Assembly: GCA_050011775.1 (NCBI GenBank)
Contig: JBEKIL010000012.1
Location: 9,941 to 73,940 of the forward strand
Reading direction: 5' to 3'
Length of the DNA stretch: 64,000 bases
Origin: Bacteroidota bacterium
Lineage (GTDB): Bacteria; Bacteroidota; Ignavibacteria; UBA10030; CAVZMI01
Shown one piece after another: positions 59,368 to 64,000 of the stretch; position 1 is the first letter of the stretch; every line of letters starts with the position of its first letter. The notes under the pieces were generated by a model. It was not told the DNA's origin, did not search any database, and worked only from the letters and a program-made list of their open reading frames with translations. A program made the position numbers and the translations under genes.

Positions 59368-60621
59368 ATGCCGATGGACATTGCCGAGCTCAAGTCAAAA
59401 AAGATATCTGAGCTCTCGAAGATCGCCAAAGAGTTGAACATTTCAGGCTTTAGCGATCTCCGCAAACAAGAACTGATTTTTAAAATCCTCGAAGCCCAGA
59501 CCGAGGCTGACGGGTTGAACTTCAGCAAAGGAGTGCTTGAAGTACTCCCTGATGGTTATGGTTTCCTCCGTTCAGTAGACTATAACTACCTACCGTCACC
59601 CGACGATATCTATGTATCTCCATCTCAGATAAAAAAATTCAGTCTTCGAACGGGTGATACCGTCAGCGGTCAGGTACGTCCACCAAAAGAGGGGGAACGA
59701 TTTTTCGCACTTCTCCGGGTTGAAGCGGTGAATGACGAGAATCCTGATACAATGCGCGACAGAGTCCTTTTTGATAACCTGACTCCATTGTATGCCAACG
59801 ACCGGATTCACCTTGAAACCTCACCCGGTGAGTATTCGATGAGGATAATGGATCTTCTGAGCCCAATTGGTAAAGGCAATCGCGGAATGATTGTATCGCC
59901 ACCCAAAGCCGGGAAGACTATCCTTCTGCAAAAAATTGCCAACAGCATTACGCGTAACCATCCTGAAATCAAACTGATCGTACTCCTGATAGATGAGCGT
60001 CCCGAAGAAGTCACAGACATGGAGCGATCGGTCCAGGCCGAGGTTATTGCATCAACTTTCGATGAACCGCCGGAAAGGCACGTTCAGGTCGCTGATATGG
60101 TTCTTGAAAAAGCCAAACGGCTTGTAGAGGCAAAACGGGACGTGGTTGTTCTTCTCGATAGTATAACAAGACTTGCCCGCGCACACAACACGGTTGTCCC
60201 CCATAGCGGAAAAATCCTCTCCGGTGGTGTTGATGCTAACGCTCTACATCGACCGAAAAGATTCTTCGGTGCCGCCAGAAATATCGAAGAGGGTGGAAGT
60301 CTGACCATTATTGCAACGGCCTTGATTGAGACCGGAAGCAGGATGGACGAAGTGATTTTTGAAGAGTTCAAAGGAACGGGAAACATGGAAATTGTCCTTG
60401 AACGGAAGCTCGCCGACAGACGCATTTTCCCCGCAATCGAAGTGAATAAATCCGGTACACGAAAAGAGGAACTCCTGCTTGAAACCGACGAACTCAGCCG
60501 TGTCTGGGTGCTCCGTAAGATACTAAGCGAATTTAATGCCGTCGAGGCAATGGAATTCGTCCTTGAAAAAATGCGTGGTACAAAATCAAATAAAGAATTT
60601 TTGAAGTCGATGAATAGTTAA
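59368..60621 (+). CDS. rho: transcription termination factor Rho
   Basis: N-terminal [15 protein letters not shown], RecA-like ATPase with Walker A GKT; 417 aa. Confidence 0.95.
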   Translation: MPMDIAELKSKKISELSKIAKELNISGFSDLRKQELIFKILEAQTEADGLNFSKGVLEVLPDGYGFLRSVDYNYLPSPDDIYVSPSQIKKFSLRTGDTVSGQVRPPKEGERFFALLRVEAVNDENPDTMRDRVLFDNLTPLYANDRIHLETSPGEYSMRIMDLLSPIGKGNRGMIVSPPKAGKTILLQKIANSITRNHPEIKLIVLLIDERPEEVTDMERSVQAEVIASTFDEPPERHVQVADMVLEKAKRLVEAKRDVVVLLDSITRLARAHNTVVPHSGKILSGGVDANALHRPKRFFGAARNIEEGGSLTIIATALIETGSRMDEVIFEEFKGTGNMEIVLERKLADRRIFPAIEVNKSGTRKEELLLETDELSRVWVLRKILSEFNAVEAMEFVLEKMRGTKSNKEFLKSMNS

Positions 60622-60709
60622 AGAGGGAAATGGATGAGAGGAGAACCCTCTCATATGAAGCATTTCCCGATGGCGTTCCTTACACAGAACGTGAGAAGGA
60701 ATCCACATC

Positions 60710-61891
60710 ATGCGTAGCGTCGTCATTGCAAGTGCTTGCCGTACACCGATTGGTTCATTCGGTGGAACCTTATCGTCTCTGAGCGCCCCCCAGCTGGGTT
60801 CAATCGTGATCCGTGAAGCACTCCAGCGTGCCCAAATCGGAGCAGCGGACGTCAATGAAGTCATACTTGGCTGTGTTCTTTCCGCGGGCATAGGCCAGGC
60901 ACCTGCCAGACAGGCTGCTCTTCTTGCCGATCTTCCCGCTTCCGTTGAGGCGCTCACGATCAATAAAATGTGCGGTTCAGGATTGAAGGCCGTCATGCTT
61001 GCTGCGCAGGCTATCACCTGTTATGATGCGGACATCATCGTGGCCGGTGGAATGGAGAGCATGTCGAATGCTCCATATCTTCTCGAAAAGGCCCGGAGCG
61101 GTTATCGAATGGGTCATGCACAGGTAGTCGATTCCATGATCAAAGACGGACTCTGGGATGTCTATAGCGATTTCCATATGGGGAATGCCGCCGAATTATG
61201 CGCCAAGGAATATACAATATACCGAGAAGTTCAGGATGAATTTGCTGTCACGAGCTATAAACGTGCTCAAGTGTCGCAACGACGTGGGTTTTTTAATGAT
61301 GAAATTGTTCCTGTGAACGTCATGAATAAAAAGGGAGAGACGACAGTTGTCAGTGAAGATGAAGAACCTTCGAAAACAGATTTTAAGAAAATTCCCACAC
61401 TCCGCCCTGCATTCCAGGCCGATGGAACAGTTACCGCCGCCAATGCATCAAAAATCAGTGATGGAGCTTCTGCTGTCGTTGTTATGACTGAAGAGACTGC
61501 TCGAAAACGTGGCATTTCGCCGCTTGCCCGTATAGTGACGTTCGGTTCGGCGGCAAAAAAGCCTGAATGGTTCACGACTGCACCGGTCGATGCTATTCAA
61601 AAAGTTCTCAAACTCGCTCAAATGACAAAAGAAGACATTGATCTGTTCGAAATCAATGAAGCATTTGCTGTCGTTACACTCGCTGTACAAAAAATACTGG
61701 GGCTCAATCCTTCAAAAGTAAATGTAAATGGAGGAGCAGTCGCTCTAGGACATCCTATCGGCGCGAGCGGTGCACGCATACTCACAACCTTATTGTACGC
61801 CCTTCGTCAAAGGAATGTGCGACGCGGACTCGCCGCTATTTGCATCGGCGGGGGAGAAGCAAGCGCAATGATTGTAGAACGACCGGGTTAA
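60710..61891 (+). CDS. acetyl-CoA C-acetyltransferase (thiolase II)
   Basis: catalytic Cys NKMCGSGL, C-terminal GHP and CIGGG motifs. Confidence 0.9.
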   Translation: MRSVVIASACRTPIGSFGGTLSSLSAPQLGSIVIREALQRAQIGAADVNEVILGCVLSAGIGQAPARQAALLADLPASVEALTINKMCGSGLKAVMLAAQAITCYDADIIVAGGMESMSNAPYLLEKARSGYRMGHAQVVDSMIKDGLWDVYSDFHMGNAAELCAKEYTIYREVQDEFAVTSYKRAQVSQRRGFFNDEIVPVNVMNKKGETTVVSEDEEPSKTDFKKIPTLRPAFQADGTVTAANASKISDGASAVVVMTEETARKRGISPLARIVTFGSAAKKPEWFTTAPVDAIQKVLKLAQMTKEDIDLFEINEAFAVVTLAVQKILGLNPSKVNVNGGAVALGHPIGASGARILTTLLYALRQRNVRRGLAAICIGGGEASAMIVERPG

Positions 61892-62794
61892 ATGATCAGG
61901 CGGAAGGATTTTAATGTGGACATAAAAAATGTCACGGTTATCGGTGCGGGCACGATGGGAAATGGCATCGCCCACGTCTTTGCGCAATATCGATTTGCCG
62001 TCACACTGCACGACATTAAGCAGGAATTTATTGATCGTGGACTCAGAACTATTTCAGCCAATCTCGACCGGCAGATTAAGAAAGGAAGCATTTCTGAGGA
62101 TGTAAAGAAAGAAATTCTTAACCGTATATCGCCGACAATCTCAATTGAACGAAGCACTGAGTTTGCCGACCTGGTCGTCGAGGCGGCAACTGAAGATCTG
62201 GCCATAAAGAAAAAAATATTTGCAGTTCTTGATTCGCTCTGCCGGGCGGCTACAATCCTGGCCACAAATACCTCGTCGATTTCTATCACCGAACTTGCCT
62301 CGGTAACGAAACGTCCGGACAAGGTCATTGGAATGCATTTCATGAATCCGGTTCCGGTGATGAAACTTGTCGAGCTGATCCGGGGTCTCGCAACTTCTGA
62401 TGAAACCTTTCAAATAATTAAGAGCATCACAGAACAACTTGAAAAAGTTCCTGTTGCGGTAAACGATTCTCCGGGGTTCGTAGCGAACCGGCTGCTAATC
62501 CCGATGCTTAACGAAGCGATGTATTGCGTAATGGAAGGAGTTGCAACTCCCGATGCGATTGACACGGTTATGAAACTCGGCATGAATCATCCTATAGGGC
62601 CGCTGGCGCTTGCGGACTTCATAGGTCTTGATGTGTGTCTTTCCGTCATGGATGTTCTGTACCACGAGATGGGAGATTCGAAATATCGCCCCTGTCCATT
62701 GCTTAAGAAAATGGTCGCCGCAGGGCATCTTGGAAGAAAAACCGGCAAGGGTTTTTACGATTATCCGGCGAATATGGCTGCAAGTCCTTTATAG
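61892..62794 (+). CDS. hbd: 3-hydroxyacyl-CoA / 3-hydroxybutyryl-CoA dehydrogenase (true start possibly GTG at 61913)
   Basis: [12 protein letters not shown] Rossmann motif, NTSS, C-terminal dimerisation domain. Confidence 0.85.
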   Translation: MIRRKDFNVDIKNVTVIGAGTMGNGIAHVFAQYRFAVTLHDIKQEFIDRGLRTISANLDRQIKKGSISEDVKKEILNRISPTISIERSTEFADLVVEAATEDLAIKKKIFAVLDSLCRAATILATNTSSISITELASVTKRPDKVIGMHFMNPVPVMKLVELIRGLATSDETFQIIKSITEQLEKVPVAVNDSPGFVANRLLIPMLNEAMYCVMEGVATPDAIDTVMKLGMNHPIGPLALADFIGLDVCLSVMDVLYHEMGDSKYRPCPLLKKMVAAGHLGRKTGKGFYDYPANMAASPL

Positions 62795-62896
62795 GGCGGA
62801 AGTTCCATAATAGTGAAATCATGAATAATTACGGGAGGGCAGGGCAAAATCAGACAGCTTTACTGATGAAGGAAATTAAAAATTTAGAAAGAAAAC

Positions 62897-62925
62897 TTGA
62901 CATCGCACATTTTTTTTTCTATCAT
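62897..62925 (+). promoter_or_regulatory. candidate sigma70 promoter TTGACA-17-TATCAT upstream of the small OMP gene
   Basis: hexamers and spacing read directly from the sequence. Confidence 0.4.
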
Positions 62926-63003
62926 CATGTAGCCGTTATAAACAATCCGACACTAATTCACTTTCATTATTGATATACTAAATTTACTATCGAGGAGGTT
63001 ACA

Positions 63004-63513
63004 ATGAAAAAACTTACACTAGTGTTTACTGTAATTGTGGTGTTGTGTCTTTTAGTTTCAACCGGTAATGCACAATATGAAAAGGGAAAAAGCTATCTCG
63101 GTCCGCGTGTGGGTATCGGAGTATACGGTAGCGGCATTTCTTTGGGAGCGGGATATGAATATGGCGTAACAGATGAAATTAGTGTTGGCGGTCTTGTCGA
63201 TTATTATAAGTATGATTGGGGTTTTGGCTTTACTTATACCTATATCGTCTTCGGTGCACAGGGAAATTATCATTTTGGTAAAACTTTGAAGTGGGATAGT
63301 AAGCTTGATCCATTCGCTGGACTCGTGATCGGCTATGAGAGTGTATCGTGGAGCGGTACGGAATATGCTGGATGGTCATCTGCCTATGGCAGTGGTATAA
63401 TATTCGGCGGTCAGGCCGGTATCCGTTATTTCTTATCGCCAAGTTTAGCATTGTACGGACAGGTAGGCTTCGGGATTACATATCTGAAAGTTGGCGTTGA
63501 TTTCAAGTTCTAG
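63004..63513 (+). CDS. small outer-membrane beta-barrel protein (signal peptide, Gly/Tyr-rich strands, C-terminal Phe)
   Basis: 169 aa; alternating aromatic/aliphatic pattern; terminal F. Confidence 0.5.
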   Translation: MKKLTLVFTVIVVLCLLVSTGNAQYEKGKSYLGPRVGIGVYGSGISLGAGYEYGVTDEISVGGLVDYYKYDWGFGFTYTYIVFGAQGNYHFGKTLKWDSKLDPFAGLVIGYESVSWSGTEYAGWSSAYGSGIIFGGQAGIRYFLSPSLALYGQVGFGITYLKVGVDFKF

Positions 63514-63536
63514 CATTACAATAAAAAAGATTTCAG

Positions 63537-63565
63537 AGGCGGGCATTGTCCCGCCTTTGTTTTTT
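63537..63565 (+). terminator. intrinsic terminator GGCGGG-loop-CCCGCC followed by a T-rich run
   Basis: read directly from the sequence. Confidence 0.75.
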
Positions 63566-63652
63566 CGGCCATTCTCGGCATTTATTGATGTAATTATTGA
63601 CACTTTTTTTATTGCTTTCCCCTCCCAATTCTTGTACATTAATTGAAAGACT

Positions 63653-64000
63653 ATGATTGAATGTCCGGTTTGCACAACTAGAAACGGAGATCTAAGCGTC
63701 GTTTGTTCAAAATGCGGTGGATATCTACAGGCGCGGGTTCAAACGCTGGATCTGTTTGATACCCTCTGGGCATTGACTGAATCGCCCAAAAAAACATTCA
63801 AGCGTATTTGTCTTTCGGAACAAAAAAATTATATCCACTTTTTAGCCGCGGTCAGCGGTATAGGCGTCGGATTCACCTGGCTCTGGCGTGTTCATGGCGG
63901 CTGGTTCTTCGAGAATAATCTGCAACTGCTCATTTTGACAGGGATTCTCGCAGGTCCGGTTATTGGCATCATCCTTTTGTATCTTGTAAGTTTTTTCTAT
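63653..64000 (+). CDS. 5' part of a gene for a zinc-ribbon (CPVC...CSKC) membrane protein, possibly Yip1-like; runs off the window end
   Basis: ATG at 63653, open to the window end; CxxC...CxxC then hydrophobic helices. Confidence 0.4.
   Translation, partial: MIECPVCTTRNGDLSVVCSKCGGYLQARVQTLDLFDTLWALTESPKKTFKRICLSEQKNYIHFLAAVSGIGVGFTWLWRVHGGWFFENNLQLLILTGILAGPVIGIILLYLVSFFY

Overview
This window reads as a mostly housekeeping stretch of a bacterial chromosome. The gene content suggests an FCB/Chlorobi-Ignavibacteria-like lineage; that is an inference from gene content, not from any search. Nearly all genes are on the + strand. Recognisable genes: rpsA (3' part), a MiaB-family methylthiotransferase, truA, and a trp cluster (trpD, a CNNM/CorC gene, trpC, trpF, trpB). 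Next come murJ, three glycosyltransferases and nadD. The central stretch holds proS, an aldehyde dehydrogenase, dnaE, trxA, aspS, prfB (with its programmed +1 frameshift) and lolC/E-lolD-like ABC genes. On the minus strand there is a Pol II-type family-B DNA polymerase and an NfeD-SPFH pair. An oxidative-stress cluster follows (two peroxiredoxins, a rubrerythrin-family protein, an HdrD-like CCG Fe-S protein, a DUF3501-like protein). Next to it sits a pterin cluster (PTPS/QueD-like, folE, SDR, TrxR-like FNR). The window ends with pyrK, pyrD, folC, rho, thiolase and hbd. Five tRNAs are present: Arg-CCT, Lys-TTT, Leu-GAG, Ser-GGA and Ser-CGA. The most unusual region is 44.3-45.6 kb. A small GIY-YIG (YhbQ/UPF0213-like) gene sits inside about 1.1 kb of highly structured 81-bp tandem repeats plus nested imperfect palindromes. 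The repeats are anchored at the 3' end of tRNA-Ser(CGA), and a 16-nt copy of the tRNA 3' end lies on the far side of the GIY-YIG gene. That layout looks like the attachment-site signature of a small tRNA-targeting selfish element. A related GTCCCG...CGGGAC hairpin is found next to the second tRNA-Ser. The two tRNA-Ser genes bracket a 5.5-kb segment encoding a receiver-Hpt-receiver phosphorelay and a large lipoprotein, possibly a clan-CD peptidase. A REP-associated tyrosine transposase (RAYT/IS200-like) gene at 15.5-16.4 kb is broken by a 40-nt frameshifting insert and a ~260-bp purine-rich insert that contains a perfect 21-bp palindrome. A promoter-hairpin-terminator module at 33.28-33.40 kb is a candidate small RNA or attenuator.
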